The notes below the pieces were generated by a model that worked only from the letters and a program-made list of their open reading frames with translations, was not told the DNA's origin and made no database searches. From NCBI GenBank assembly GCA_963977615.1, contig CAXBPL010000002.1:32149-96148 (forward strand): 64,000 nucleotides of DNA. Direction: 5' to 3'. The translations under genes were made by a program, and so were the position numbers. This document shows, in pieces, positions 18,302 through 29,507 of the stretch. The stretch comes from an uncultured Polaribacter sp. (GTDB taxonomy: Bacteria; Bacteroidota; Bacteroidia; Flavobacteriales; Flavobacteriaceae). The number at the start of each line of letters is the position of its first letter. The first letter of the stretch is position 1.

Positions 18302-19993
18302 ATGAAAAATTATGTGATTGGTTTAGATTATGGTTCTGATTCTGTTCGTGGTGTTTTAATAGACACAGAAAATGGAGTAGAAATAGCCTCTGATGTTCAC
18401 TGGTATAAAAGATGGAAAAATAATGCGTATTGTAACGCAAGTCTAAACCAGTTTAGGCAACATCCATTAGACCATATAGAAGGTTTAGAAAACACGATTA
18501 AATCAATAATGCATCAAACTAAAATAGATGCAAATTTGGTAAAAGGTATTTGTATTGATACTACTGGATCTTCACCAATTCCTGTTGATAAACAAGGAAC
18601 TCCATTAGCACTTAAAAAAGGCTTTGAAGAAAATCCTAATGCAATGATGGTTCTTTGGAAAGATCACACAGCCATAGAAGAAGCTAACGAAATTAATGAA
18701 TTAGCCGAAAATTGGATGGGAACAAATTTCACAAAATACGAAGGTGGAATTTATTCTTCTGAATGGTTTTGGGCAAAAATTTTACATGTAATTCGTGAAG
18801 ATGAAGCTGTTAAAAATGCAGCACATTCTTGGATGGAACATTGTGATTTAATGACGTTTTTGCTAATCGAAAATAAAAATTTAAAATCATTTAAAAGAAG
18901 TAGATGTGCAGCTGGTCATAAAGCAATGTGGCATGAAGAATGGAATGGTTTACCTCCAACAGCGTTTTTAAATCAACTAGATTCTTACTTAGGAGATTTA
19001 AGAGAAAATTTATATACAGACACATTTACATCCAACGAAATTGCAGGAAATTTAAGTGTTGAATGGGCTCAAAAATTAGGTTTATCAACAAATACAGTTA
19101 TTGCAGTTGGTACTTTTGATGCACATTCAGGAGCTGTAGGAGCAAAAATAGAAGAACATTCTTTGGTTAGAGTTATGGGAACTTCTACTTGCGATATTAT
19201 GATTTCTACTCACGAACTTATTGGTAACAAAGCCGTTCGCGGAATTTGTGGACAAGTTGATGGTTCTGTAATTCCTGGTTTTATAGGTTTAGAAGCTGGG
19301 CAATCTGCTTTTGGAGATTTATTAGCTTGGTTTAAAGATGTTTTGTCATGGCCAATTCATAATCTAGTTTTAAATTCTGATGTACTTTCTCAAGATCAAA
19401 AAGAAAAATTACAATCAGAAATTGATGCTAATTTTATAAAAGTATTAAGTGAACAAGCTGAAAATATTTCTTTATCAGAAAGTATTCCAACAGCTTTAGA
19501 TTGGATAAATGGAAGAAGAACTCCAGATGCAAATCAAGAATTAAAAGCAGCAATATCAAACTTAAACTTAGGTACAAAAGCACCACACATTTTTAAAGCA
19601 TTAGTAAATGCAATCTGTTTTGGCGCTAAAAAAATTGTAGAACGTTTTGAAGAGGAAGGTATTCTAATCAATTCGATAATTGGTATTGGTGGTGTTGCAA
19701 GAAAATCGCCATTTATAATGCAAACGCTTGCCAACGTTTTAAATAAACCGATTAAAATTGCGGCTTCAGACCAAACACCTGCTCTTGGTGCAGCTATTTA
19801 TGCAGCTGTTGCAGCAGGTATTTACCCAACTGTTTTAGCAGCAAGTCAAAAAATGGGAAGCGATTTTGAGGCAACCTATTATCCTGAACAAGAAAAGGTA
19901 GAAATCTATGAAAAAGGGTTAGAATCTTATAACGAATTAAGCTCTTTTGTAGAAAATATCACAAAAAATAATATACATGAACTCCAATTATAA
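18302..19993 (+). CDS. araB: Ribulokinase
   Basis: FGGY kinase motifs GLDYGSDSVR, QFRQHP, LWKDHTA, YSSEWFWAK, EAGQSAFGD, DWINGRRTP. Confidence 0.95.
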   Translation: MKNYVIGLDYGSDSVRGVLIDTENGVEIASDVHWYKRWKNNAYCNASLNQFRQHPLDHIEGLENTIKSIMHQTKIDANLVKGICIDTTGSSPIPVDKQGTPLALKKGFEENPNAMMVLWKDHTAIEEANEINELAENWMGTNFTKYEGGIYSSEWFWAKILHVIREDEAVKNAAHSWMEHCDLMTFLLIENKNLKSFKRSRCAAGHKAMWHEEWNGLPPTAFLNQLDSYLGDLRENLYTDTFTSNEIAGNLSVEWAQKLGLSTNTVIAVGTFDAHSGAVGAKIEEHSLVRVMGTSTCDIMISTHELIGNKAVRGICGQVDGSVIPGFIGLEAGQSAFGDLLAWFKDVLSWPIHNLVLNSDVLSQDQKEKLQSEIDANFIKVLSEQAENISLSESIPTALDWINGRRTPDANQELKAAISNLNLGTKAPHIFKALVNAICFGAKKIVERFEEEGILINSIIGIGGVARKSPFIMQTLANVLNKPIKIAASDQTPALGAAIYAAVAAGIYPTVLAASQKMGSDFEATYYPEQEKVEIYEKGLESYNELSSFVENITKNNIHELQL

Positions 19994-20678
19994 AGCTTTA
20001 AAACAAGAATGTTATGAAGCTAATATCGCTTTAAACAATTTAGGATTGGTTATTTACACTTTTGGAAACGTAAGCGCAGTTGATAGAGAAAAAGGCGTTT
20101 TTGCTATAAAACCAAGTGGTGTTCCTTATGAACTTTTAAAACCAGAAGATATTGTTATTGTAGATTTTGATAACAATATTATTGAAGGAAAATTAAGACC
20201 CTCTTCAGATACCAAAACCCACGCATATTTATATAAAAAATGGAGTGATATTGGAGGAGTTGCACACACTCATGCAATGTATTCTGTAGCTTGGGCTCAA
20301 TCGCAAAGAGATATTCCTATTTTCGGAACCACACATGCAGATCATTTAACGTCAGATATTCCTTGTGCACCACCAATGAGTGATGCATTAATTGAAGGAA
20401 ATTACGAACACAATACTGGAATTCAAATTTTAGATTGTTTTAAAGAAAAAGAACTTTCTTACAAAGAAGTAGAAATGATTTTGATAGGAAATCATGGCCC
20501 ATTCACTTGGGGTAAAGATGCAGCAAAAGCAGTTTATAATAGTAAAGTTTTAGAAACAGTGGCTCAAATGGCTGCTTTAACTTTACAGATAAATCCAAAA
20601 TCACCAAGATTAAAAAATTCATTGATAAAGAAACATTACGAACGTAAGCATGGTAAGAATGCTTATTATGGTCAGTAA
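19977..20678 (+). CDS. araD: L-ribulose-5-phosphate 4-epimerase
   Basis: TFGNVS, IKPSGV, PSSDT, HTHA, GTTHAD, NHGPF, RKHGKNAYYGQ. Confidence 0.96.
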   Translation: MNSNYKALKQECYEANIALNNLGLVIYTFGNVSAVDREKGVFAIKPSGVPYELLKPEDIVIVDFDNNIIEGKLRPSSDTKTHAYLYKKWSDIGGVAHTHAMYSVAWAQSQRDIPIFGTTHADHLTSDIPCAPPMSDALIEGNYEHNTGIQILDCFKEKELSYKEVEMILIGNHGPFTWGKDAAKAVYNSKVLETVAQMAALTLQINPKSPRLKNSLIKKHYERKHGKNAYYGQ

Positions 20679-20693
20679 AAAGATAGCATAATT

Positions 20694-22205
20694 ATGATAA
20701 TAGATATATCTCAAAAAGAAATTTGGTTTGTTACAGGTAGTCAAGACTTGTATGGAGAAGAAACCTTAAAACAGGTGGCAAAAAATTCAGAAGAAATTGT
20801 AAAAGGTTTCAATGAATCTACTCATTTACCAGTTAAAATAGTTTGGAAACCTACAGTAAAATCTCCAGATGAAATTACTAACATCTGCCAAGAAGCAAAT
20901 AACGAAAAAAACTGCATTGGTATTATTACTTGGATGCATACTTTTTCGCCAGCTAAAATGTGGATAAAAGGTTTAACCATTTTGAAAAAACCTTTGTGTC
21001 ATTTACATACACAATACAATGCTCAAATTCCTTGGGAATCTATCAATATGGATTTTATGAATTTGAATCAATCTGCACATGGAGATCGAGAATTTGGTTT
21101 TATGATGAGCAGAATGCGTAAAAAACGTAAAGTTGTTGTGGGTCATTGGCAAGATGATCGTGTGCAAAGTAAATTAGGAATCTGGTCTAGAGTTGTTTTA
21201 GGTTGGGACGATTTACAGCATTTAAAAGTTGCCAGAATTGGAGACAATATGCGTGAAGTTGCTGTTACTGAAGGAGACAAAGTTGAAGCTCAAATGCGTT
21301 TTGGTTTTTCAGTTAATGGTTTCGATTCTTCAGATATTGTAAAGCATATTAATAAAGTAACAAATGCAGATATAGATAAACTATTAGCTGTTTATGAAGA
21401 AAGTTATACCTTGGCAAATTCAATTAAAAAAGGTGGTAAAGAAAGAGCATCTTTAGTAGAAGCAGCAAAAATTGAACTTGGTTTACGTGCATTTTTAGAA
21501 GAAGGAGGCTACAAAGCGTTTACGGATACTTTTGAAAATCTAGGAGAAATAAAACAATTGCCAGGAATTGCTGTGCAAAGATTAATGGCAGATGGTTATG
21601 GTTTTGGTGGAGAAGGAGATTGGAAAACAGCAGCAATTGTAAGAGCTTTAAAAGTAATGAATGTCGGTTTAAAAGGTGGTGTTTCTTTTATGGAAGATTA
21701 TACCTATCATTTTACACCACAAAAATCTTACGTTTTGGGTTCTCACATGTTAGAAATTTGTCCAAATATTGCTGAAGGTAAACCTACTTGCGAAGTTCAT
21801 CCTTTAGGGATTGGTGGTAAAGAAGCTCCTATAAGATTAGTATTTAATACACCTCCTGGAGATGCAATTAATGTGTCTTTAGTTGATATGGGAAATAGAT
21901 TTAGATTGATTGTAAACGAAGTAGAAGCTATAAAACCAATAGCAGATTTACCAAATTTACCTGTTGCAAGAGTTTTATGGGATGCAAAACCAACCTTAGA
22001 GATTGCAGCAAATGCTTGGATTTTGGCTGGTGGAGCACATCATACAGCTTATTGCCAATCAATTAATACAGAATATATGGAAGATTTAGCGGATATTGCT
22101 GGTATAGAATTATTAGTGATTGATGATAGAACAAATGTGAGAGATTTTAAAGATAAAATAAATGCTAACGAAGCTTATTACCACATGTTTCAACATGGAT
22201 TATAA
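20694..22205 (+). CDS. araA: L-arabinose isomerase
   Basis: [60 protein letters not shown]. Confidence 0.97.
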   Translation: MIIDISQKEIWFVTGSQDLYGEETLKQVAKNSEEIVKGFNESTHLPVKIVWKPTVKSPDEITNICQEANNEKNCIGIITWMHTFSPAKMWIKGLTILKKPLCHLHTQYNAQIPWESINMDFMNLNQSAHGDREFGFMMSRMRKKRKVVVGHWQDDRVQSKLGIWSRVVLGWDDLQHLKVARIGDNMREVAVTEGDKVEAQMRFGFSVNGFDSSDIVKHINKVTNADIDKLLAVYEESYTLANSIKKGGKERASLVEAAKIELGLRAFLEEGGYKAFTDTFENLGEIKQLPGIAVQRLMADGYGFGGEGDWKTAAIVRALKVMNVGLKGGVSFMEDYTYHFTPQKSYVLGSHMLEICPNIAEGKPTCEVHPLGIGGKEAPIRLVFNTPPGDAINVSLVDMGNRFRLIVNEVEAIKPIADLPNLPVARVLWDAKPTLEIAANAWILAGGAHHTAYCQSINTEYMEDLADIAGIELLVIDDRTNVRDFKDKINANEAYYHMFQHGL

Positions 22206-22236
22206 ACAACACAATCAATCAAAAAACAATTAAATT

Positions 22237-23829
22237 ATGGGCATTATCTCATTTGTAGGATTCACATTATTAGTAGCAATTATTGCTTATTTATCTACAC
22301 GTAAAACAGATGAAAATTCATCTGATGGTTACTTTTTAGGAGGTAGAAGTTTAACAGGCCCAATTATTGCTGGTTCTTTATTGTTAACTAACTTATCTAC
22401 AGAGCAAATTGTGGGTATGAATGGTGTGTCTTTTAGTGATGGTTTGCCAATTATTGCATATGAAGTTCTTGCAGCGATTGCAATGGTTTTTACAGCATTT
22501 GTTTTATTACCTAAATACTTGAAAAGTGGAATTGCTACAATTCCACAATTTTTAGAAAAAAGATATAGCAAGAATACAAAAACCATTGTTTCGTTATTGT
22601 TTTTATTAGGATATGCAATTTCTATGTTGCCAACAGTTTTATATTCTGGTGCATTAGCAATTAATACCATGTTTGATATTCCTGAAGCCTTAGGTATAGG
22701 TGCAGAACCAGCACTTTGGGTAACAGTTTGGTCTATTGGAATAATAGGAAGTATCTACGCCATTTTTGGAGGATTAAGAGCAGTAGCTGTTTCAGATGCC
22801 ATAAATGCAGTAGGTTTAATTGTTGGGGGTTTATTAATTCCGGTTTTTGGATTGATGTATATTGGAGATGGAAATGTACTTACAGGATTAGATACACTAA
22901 CAACAGCACTTCCAGAAAAGTTTAACATTATAGGTGGTCCTGAATCTAATGTTCCTTTTTGGACGCTTTTTACAGGAATGATTATTGTTAATTTTTATTA
23001 TTGGGGAACCAATCAAGCAATTATTCAGAGAGCATTAGGTGCTAAAAACTTAAAAGAAGGTCAAAAAGGATTATTATTAGCCGCATTTTTTAAGATTTTA
23101 GGACCCATAATTTTGGTTTTACCAGGTATTATAGCCTTCTATATTTTTAATGGAGACATTGCAAATGCAGATGAAGCATATCCAATGTTGGTTAAAAAAG
23201 TTTTACCTGCAGCATTTGTAGGCTTTTTTGCAGCAGTTTTGTTTGGAGCAATTTTAAGTTCATTTAACAGTGCATTAAATAGTTCTGTTACTTTATTTGG
23301 ACTCGATTTTTACAAACAACATATTAATAAAGATGCTTCTGAGGTTAAAGTAGTAAAAGCTGGTAAAACTTTTGGTGTTGTTTTAGCGCTATTTTCTATG
23401 TCTATAGCACCTCTTTTATATGGTGTTCAAGGTGGTATTTTTACGTATTTACAAGAGTTAAATGGTACACACAGTGTACCAATTTTAGCTATTATTATTG
23501 TTGGTATATTTTCGAAACGTGTTACTGCAAAAGGAGCGAATTTGGCTATTTTATTTAGTGTAATTACTTACTTAGTTGCTTTATATATTATTAGGCCAAT
23601 TAGTCTAGAAAATGGTACATATTTTCCGCATTTTTTACATTTAATGGGGATGATATTTGTAATTGCATTAATAATCATGTTTACAGTTAGTTATTTTAAA
23701 CCTAGAGAAACAGATTATGTTCAGGTGTATACAAAACAGGTAGATATTACAAATTGGAAATATTTAAAACCAGTTGGTTTTACTGTTTGTGCAATCGTAA
23801 TTGCAATCTATATTTATTTTGCTAATTAA
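22237..23829 (+). CDS. Sodium:solute symporter, probable L-arabinose transporter
   Basis: GYFLGGRSL, LTNLSTEQIVG, YWGTNQAIIQRALGAK; many TM helices; directly after araA. Confidence 0.9.
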   Translation: MGIISFVGFTLLVAIIAYLSTRKTDENSSDGYFLGGRSLTGPIIAGSLLLTNLSTEQIVGMNGVSFSDGLPIIAYEVLAAIAMVFTAFVLLPKYLKSGIATIPQFLEKRYSKNTKTIVSLLFLLGYAISMLPTVLYSGALAINTMFDIPEALGIGAEPALWVTVWSIGIIGSIYAIFGGLRAVAVSDAINAVGLIVGGLLIPVFGLMYIGDGNVLTGLDTLTTALPEKFNIIGGPESNVPFWTLFTGMIIVNFYYWGTNQAIIQRALGAKNLKEGQKGLLLAAFFKILGPIILVLPGIIAFYIFNGDIANADEAYPMLVKKVLPAAFVGFFAAVLFGAILSSFNSALNSSVTLFGLDFYKQHINKDASEVKVVKAGKTFGVVLALFSMSIAPLLYGVQGGIFTYLQELNGTHSVPILAIIIVGIFSKRVTAKGANLAILFSVITYLVALYIIRPISLENGTYFPHFLHLMGMIFVIALIIMFTVSYFKPRETDYVQVYTKQVDITNWKYLKPVGFTVCAIVIAIYIYFAN

Positions 23830-23889
23830 AAAAAATTACTGAAGTTTTTAAATGATTTAAGAACCTCTATCCTTTAAATAATATTTAAT

Positions 23890-25497
23890 ATGAAATCTTA
23901 TTTTTCTTTATCTTATTTCGTACTGTTTTTTTGTGGATTGATGAGTATCGTTTCTTGTCAAACAAAAAAGCCAGCTATCCCAAAAGATTTAGCTGAACAA
24001 CAAGTAATTCCAAAACCTGTTTCTGTTACTGCTACAGGAAGTTCTTTTGAAATTGATGAAAATACAGTTGTAGAATATCAAACAGAAAATTTAAAACCGA
24101 TTGCAGAGTATCTTGTAAAGTTATTAAAACCAGCAACTGGTTTTGACTTTCCTGTAAAAGAAGCAACATCAAAAGCATCTTCAAATCGTATTTTTTTAAT
24201 GTTAACAGATAGTGTTTCAACAATGGAAGGCTATCAACTAGAAATTACAGAAGAGGGTATTTTAATCAAAGCAAATAAACCAGCAGGATTGTTTTATGGT
24301 GTACAAACTTTACGTCAATTATTACCTGCAAGTATCGAAAAAGGAGTTAAGATTTCTGAAACTTTATTAGTAGCAACAGGTACTATTAAAGATAATCCTT
24401 CTTATGGTTATCGAGGAGCAATGTTAGATGTTTCTCGTCACTTTTTTGGAGTAGATGATGTAAAAAGAGTCATTCGTTTATTATCAATTTATAAAATAAA
24501 CAGACTTCATTTACATTTATCTGATGATCAAGGTTGGCGAATAGAAATTAAATCTTGGCCAAAATTAACAGAGATTGGTGGTAGTAGCGAAGTTGGTGGT
24601 GGTGAAGGTGGTTTTTACACACAAGAACAATATAAAGAAATTGTAAAATTTGCCCAAGATCATTTTATAACAGTTATTCCAGAGATTGATATGCCAGGTC
24701 ATACCAATGCAGCTTTGGCTTCTTATCCTGAATTAAATTGCGATGGAAAAGCACCAGAATTGTATCATGGAACCAAAGTTGGTTTTAGTTCTTTATGTAT
24801 TGATAAAGAAATTACGTATACGTTTGTAGACGATGTTATTCGTGAACTAGCAGCAATAACTCCAGGAGAATATATTCATATTGGTGGAGACGAATCTCAT
24901 GCTACTGAAAAGAAAGATTTTATAAAATTCATCAACAAAACACAGAAAATTGTAGAGAAATATGGCAAAAAAGTACAAGGTTGGGATGAGATTGCTCATA
25001 CTGATTTGTTGCCAAGTACTGTTGTGCAGTTTTGGTCTCAAAAAGGCGATAATGCTTTAGAAGGTGTAGAAAAAGGAGCTAAAATTTTAATGTCACCAGC
25101 TCAAAGAGCATATATGGATATTAAATACGATTCTATTACAAGAATAGGTTTAATGTGGGCAGGTCTTACAGAAGTTGATGATGCTTACAATTGGGCTTTA
25201 GAAACCTATCAAGAAGGGATATCAAAAGAAAATATTATTGGTATTGAAGCGCCTCTTTGGACAGAAACTGTGCAAACTATGAATGATATTGAATATATGG
25301 TTTTTCCTAGAGTTTTAGGTTTTGCAGAAATAGGATGGACACCAACTTCTCAAAGAAATTGGGAGGAATATAAAGTAAGATTAGGAAAGCATAAAGATAG
25401 ATTTGACGCTTTAGGAATCGATTATTATCCTTCTAAATTAGTGCCTTGGGTTTCTTCTAAAACCACTGAAGAAAAAGAGGTTAAAATTAAGCCCTAA
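23890..25497 (+). CDS. Beta-N-acetylhexosaminidase, GH20 lipoprotein
   Basis: Lipobox SIVSC; YRGAMLDVSRHF, HLSDDQGWR, PEIDMPGH, catalytic HIGGDE, PLWTE. Confidence 0.95.
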   Translation: MKSYFSLSYFVLFFCGLMSIVSCQTKKPAIPKDLAEQQVIPKPVSVTATGSSFEIDENTVVEYQTENLKPIAEYLVKLLKPATGFDFPVKEATSKASSNRIFLMLTDSVSTMEGYQLEITEEGILIKANKPAGLFYGVQTLRQLLPASIEKGVKISETLLVATGTIKDNPSYGYRGAMLDVSRHFFGVDDVKRVIRLLSIYKINRLHLHLSDDQGWRIEIKSWPKLTEIGGSSEVGGGEGGFYTQEQYKEIVKFAQDHFITVIPEIDMPGHTNAALASYPELNCDGKAPELYHGTKVGFSSLCIDKEITYTFVDDVIRELAAITPGEYIHIGGDESHATEKKDFIKFINKTQKIVEKYGKKVQGWDEIAHTDLLPSTVVQFWSQKGDNALEGVEKGAKILMSPAQRAYMDIKYDSITRIGLMWAGLTEVDDAYNWALETYQEGISKENIIGIEAPLWTETVQTMNDIEYMVFPRVLGFAEIGWTPTSQRNWEEYKVRLGKHKDRFDALGIDYYPSKLVPWVSSKTTEEKEVKIKP

Positions 25498-25657
25498 AAT
25501 AACAGATTCACAACCCTAAAAAGTGTCATAAAGTTGATGAATTAAAATTTTAGTTCTTTTTATTCTAGCTACTAAAATCAAAAATTATTGGTTATAAAAA
25601 TGCCTTAACATTTATTATAAAACTTCTATTTACTATAAAAAGTTAAACAGATTTACG

Positions 25658-26410
25658 ATGAAAAAAAACCTATCAACATATATTTTAATATTTGTTTTTA
25701 CATCATTATATGCTCAAAAACCATTTAAAGGAGGTGAAATTTATTCAAATGAAAAGGTTTTATATGGCAAATTTGAAATGCGAATGAAAATGATAAAAGG
25801 TGGTGGAATGCTATCTACATTTTACACGATAGAACATAAATCTAAAATAAAAAACCATTGGTCAGAGATTGATATTGAAGTTCTTGGAAAAGAAAATGCA
25901 CAAATATTATCTACAAATATGTTTATCAATGATAAAAATGGTGAATTATTACACACAGTTTTAGAGGTAAATTTAGACTATTCTTTAGCTGACGATTTTC
26001 ATACTTATACATTAGAATGGACTCCAGAATATGTAGCTTGGTTTATTGATGGAAAAGAAATTAGACGTAAAACTGGTGATTTTGTAAATCATATGAATAT
26101 TCCACAAGAGTATCGATTTAATGCTTGGATTTCTAGCACACCAGCTTGGGTTGGCACTATAGATACATCTGCAATGCCAGCATATCAATATGTAGATTGG
26201 GTTGCGTATTCAAGTTACAACGATTCTACAAAAGATTTTACGAAACAATGGCGTGATGAATTTAATTCGTTTGATAAAAAACGTTGGAAAAAAGGTGATT
26301 GGACTTTTGATGGTAATGAGGTTGATTTTGTAGAAGAAAACGTTTTTATCGAAAATGGTAAGTTGGTTTTAGCCATTACAGAATCAAAAGAAGAAAAAGA
26401 AACTAAATAA
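25658..26410 (+). CDS. GH16 1,3-1,4-beta-glucanase (lichenase)-like, circularly permuted; no CTD
   Basis: EIDIE catalytic motif, YGKFEMRMK, FHTYTLEWTP; C-terminal W.D.F..FD..RW.KGDWTFDGN segment. Confidence 0.88.
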   Translation: MKKNLSTYILIFVFTSLYAQKPFKGGEIYSNEKVLYGKFEMRMKMIKGGGMLSTFYTIEHKSKIKNHWSEIDIEVLGKENAQILSTNMFINDKNGELLHTVLEVNLDYSLADDFHTYTLEWTPEYVAWFIDGKEIRRKTGDFVNHMNIPQEYRFNAWISSTPAWVGTIDTSAMPAYQYVDWVAYSSYNDSTKDFTKQWRDEFNSFDKKRWKKGDWTFDGNEVDFVEENVFIENGKLVLAITESKEEKETK

Positions 26411-26516
26411 AATTTATAAATAAGAAAACAACAATTGTTTTATCAACTTAAAATAAAATTTGTGTTTTCTATTTCAAATTAAAAATTTTAGTTTGATAAA
26501 ATAATATTAAAGAATC

Positions 26517-27515
26517 ATGAAAAAAATAGTATCAACATGTATAGCACTATTGTTTTTAACTACAATATTTGCACAAAAGCCATTTGATGGAGCAGAAGTT
26601 TACTCAAAAAATAAAGTTTTGTATGGTAAATTCGAAATGCGCATGAAGATGATAAAAGGTGGTGGAATGTTATCTACTTTTTATACAATTGAGCATTTTC
26701 CTGATGGTTCAAATCCTCATTGGTCTGAAATAGATATTGAGGTTCTTGGAAAAAACAATGCTCAAATAATGTCTACCAATTTATTTATAAATGATTCTAA
26801 TGGAAATTTATTACATACAGAAAAGCAAATAGTTAAGGATTTTTCTTTAGCTGATGATTTTCATGTATATGCCATAGAATGGACACCAACATATATTGCT
26901 TGGTTTATTGATGGTAATGAAGTGCGTAGAAAAACAGGTGCTTTTGTAACACACATGAATGTTCCTCAAGCATATCGATTTAATGCGTGGATTTCTAATT
27001 CTATTCCTTGGGTTGGTGCTATTGATAAAACTGCAATGCCTGCAAAACAATCTGTAGATTGGTTAGAATATTCTAGTTACAATGTTGCAACTGAAAAATT
27101 CACAAAAGAATGGCGAGATGATTTTAACAATTTTGATAGTTCACGTTGGTCAAAAGCACAATGGACATTTGGTGGGAATCAAGTTGATTTTGTTCCTCAA
27201 AATGTTACGATTGAAGATGGTAATTTAGTGTTGGCAATTACAGATCCTAATGCTGTTTTAAATGTATCCGAAGAAATTATTCCTGATTCCTTTACTGCAA
27301 GATATTTTTCTAACAGTAAAGAGATTCAAATAATGGGTACAGAAAGTGGTAATTATAAAACAAAATTATATGATATTACTGGAAAAGTATTATTCTCAAA
27401 AGAATTTAATTCTAAGAATTTTACAATTCCCTGTTCAACTATTAAAACAGGTTTATACATAGTTTCTATTTCTAATAATGGAAAACTATTCAGAAAAAAA
27501 ATAGTTATTAATTAA
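26517..27515 (+). CDS. GH16 lichenase-like paralog, circularly permuted, with a T9SS C-terminal domain
   Basis: Same core as 25658 (EIDIE) plus LYDITGKV...TGLYIVSI...KKIVIN. Confidence 0.88.
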   Translation: MKKIVSTCIALLFLTTIFAQKPFDGAEVYSKNKVLYGKFEMRMKMIKGGGMLSTFYTIEHFPDGSNPHWSEIDIEVLGKNNAQIMSTNLFINDSNGNLLHTEKQIVKDFSLADDFHVYAIEWTPTYIAWFIDGNEVRRKTGAFVTHMNVPQAYRFNAWISNSIPWVGAIDKTAMPAKQSVDWLEYSSYNVATEKFTKEWRDDFNNFDSSRWSKAQWTFGGNQVDFVPQNVTIEDGNLVLAITDPNAVLNVSEEIIPDSFTARYFSNSKEIQIMGTESGNYKTKLYDITGKVLFSKEFNSKNFTIPCSTIKTGLYIVSISNNGKLFRKKIVIN

Positions 27516-27520
27516 TCTGA

Positions 27521-28366
27521 ATGACTAAAACTACACCATATCAAAAACTACTTTGGGTTTTTTGTTTGATACTCATAATTTCATGCAATAAACCAGTAGA
27601 AACGAACCCTAAAGCTGATTTAAATCTTCATGAAAATAAGACTTTAATGGCAATATTTGCACATCCAGATGATGAGATTGCTATTTCTCCCATCCTTGCA
27701 AAATATGCTAAAGAAGGCGCAAATATTCATTTGGTTTTTGTTACTGATGGTTCTAAAGGCGTTACAGAATATGCTAATATTCCTGCAGGAGATTCTCTTG
27801 CAAAAGTGCGTTCTGAAGAAGCATTATGTTTAACCAAAACCCTGGGTATTAATCCTCCTATTTTATTAAATTATACAGATGGTGATTTAGCAGAATACGA
27901 AAATATCTATTCTTTAGATGATAAGATTAATGACCTACTTATAAAACACCAGCCTAATGTTGTCATAACTTTTGGTCCTGGAGGAGAATATGGGCATTCT
28001 GATCATAGAATGGTTAGTAATATTGTTACAGAAGTGTTTCAAAGAGAAGCATCTGATACCTTAAAACAACTCCTTTATTATGGTTTTCCTAAAGAATATA
28101 AAAATAACAATCTTAAGTTAAAATCAAAAGTAGGAAACTGGTTTTATGAGAATTGGAAAACTACTCAAAAAAGATTTCTAACATACAGGATACCATTTAA
28201 TGAAGAAGATTTAAAGTTGGGCTATAAGGCCTCTAGTTGTCATAAATCTCAGTATACTAATGAAACCATAGATGATTTATTCGGAATAATAAAACTAACG
28301 GATCATGTAATTTACTTAAGACCTTGGAATGGATCCAAGGAGATAAGTAATAATATTTTTGATTAA
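27521..28366 (+). CDS. PIG-L/LmbE-family (CE14-like) deacetylase lipoprotein
   Basis: AHPDDE and GHSDH metal motifs, HKSQY; lipobox LIISC. Confidence 0.9.
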   Translation: MTKTTPYQKLLWVFCLILIISCNKPVETNPKADLNLHENKTLMAIFAHPDDEIAISPILAKYAKEGANIHLVFVTDGSKGVTEYANIPAGDSLAKVRSEEALCLTKTLGINPPILLNYTDGDLAEYENIYSLDDKINDLLIKHQPNVVITFGPGGEYGHSDHRMVSNIVTEVFQREASDTLKQLLYYGFPKEYKNNNLKLKSKVGNWFYENWKTTQKRFLTYRIPFNEEDLKLGYKASSCHKSQYTNETIDDLFGIIKLTDHVIYLRPWNGSKEISNNIFD

Positions 28367-28383
28367 AAAAAAAAGGATAAAGT

Positions 28384-29487
28384 ATGAGTAATACTACCAA
28401 AAACCGACTTCTTTCACTAGACACACTTCGCGGATTTGATATGTTTTGGATTATTGGTGGAGAATATTTTTTTCTTGCACTTAGTAAGTACACAGATTGG
28501 TTATGGTTAGATAAAATGGCTATCCAATTAGAGCATGCAGAATGGGAAGGATTTCACGCCTTTGATCTTGTTTTTCCGCTTTTTATGTTTATTTCTGGAG
28601 TCGCAATTCCTTATGCTATATTTAGCAAATTAGAGAAAGGTGTCCCCAAAAAGCAAATATATTTTAAAGTTTTTAAAAGAGCCTTCTTACTTATAATTTT
28701 AGGAATAGTTTACAATGGAGGGCTTAGTTTTCAATTCGAAAACTTTAGAGTAGCTAGTGTTTTAGGACAAATAGGACTTGCCTATCTAATAGCAGCAATT
28801 ATTGTAATAAATACAGGATCTTTTAAAGCAATTGGTATTTGGACCATAGGAATTCTTTTAGGATATGCTTTGTTGCAATTATTTGTGCCAGTTCCTGAGT
28901 TTGGTGCTGGTTTATTAACACCAGCAGGATCTATTAATGGGTATATAGATCGTTTATTTTTACCTGGTCAGCTTTATGGAAAAGTATTTGATCCTGAAGG
29001 CATATTATGTATTATTTCAGCATCAGCAATTATTCTAATGGGTACTTTAGCAGGTATTTTATTACGCACAAATAATTATAAACCACTCAAAAAAGTGGTG
29101 ATACTGAATGCATCTGGGATACTATTAATAATGTCTGCTTTAATTTTAGATACTTGGTATCCAATAATAAAATCTATTTGGACTTCAACTTTTAATCTTT
29201 TAACTGGTGGAATAAGTTTGCTATTACTTGCATTCTTTTATTTAATTATTGATGTATGGAAATTCCAAAAATGGACCTTCTTTTTCAGAATTATTGGTAT
29301 GAATTCCATTGCAATTTATCTAGCTGTAAGAATAATTGATTTTAGATATACGTCAAGATTTTTATTTGGAGGTTTAGCAGATTTATTTGGAAATTTTGAA
29401 CCTGTAATACTTGTTTTAGGACTTCTTTGTATAGAATGGTTGTTTCTCTACATCCTTTATAAAAAGAATATTTTTCTTAAAGTTTAA
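28384..29487 (+). CDS. HGSNAT/NagX-like membrane acetyltransferase
   Basis: RLLSLDTLRG, H..WEG...DLVFPLFMFISG, DPEGIL, PIIKSIWTS, GMNSI. Confidence 0.88.
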   Translation: MSNTTKNRLLSLDTLRGFDMFWIIGGEYFFLALSKYTDWLWLDKMAIQLEHAEWEGFHAFDLVFPLFMFISGVAIPYAIFSKLEKGVPKKQIYFKVFKRAFLLIILGIVYNGGLSFQFENFRVASVLGQIGLAYLIAAIIVINTGSFKAIGIWTIGILLGYALLQLFVPVPEFGAGLLTPAGSINGYIDRLFLPGQLYGKVFDPEGILCIISASAIILMGTLAGILLRTNNYKPLKKVVILNASGILLIMSALILDTWYPIIKSIWTSTFNLLTGGISLLLLAFFYLIIDVWKFQKWTFFFRIIGMNSIAIYLAVRIIDFRYTSRFLFGGLADLFGNFEPVILVLGLLCIEWLFLYILYKKNIFLKV

Positions 29488-29507
29488 CTTTTAAAGTTCA
29501 TAAGGTG

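Noticed and set aside
25520-25540. aaaagtgt half-site upstream of the GH16 pair
   Set aside because: No ACAC right half at the required spacing.
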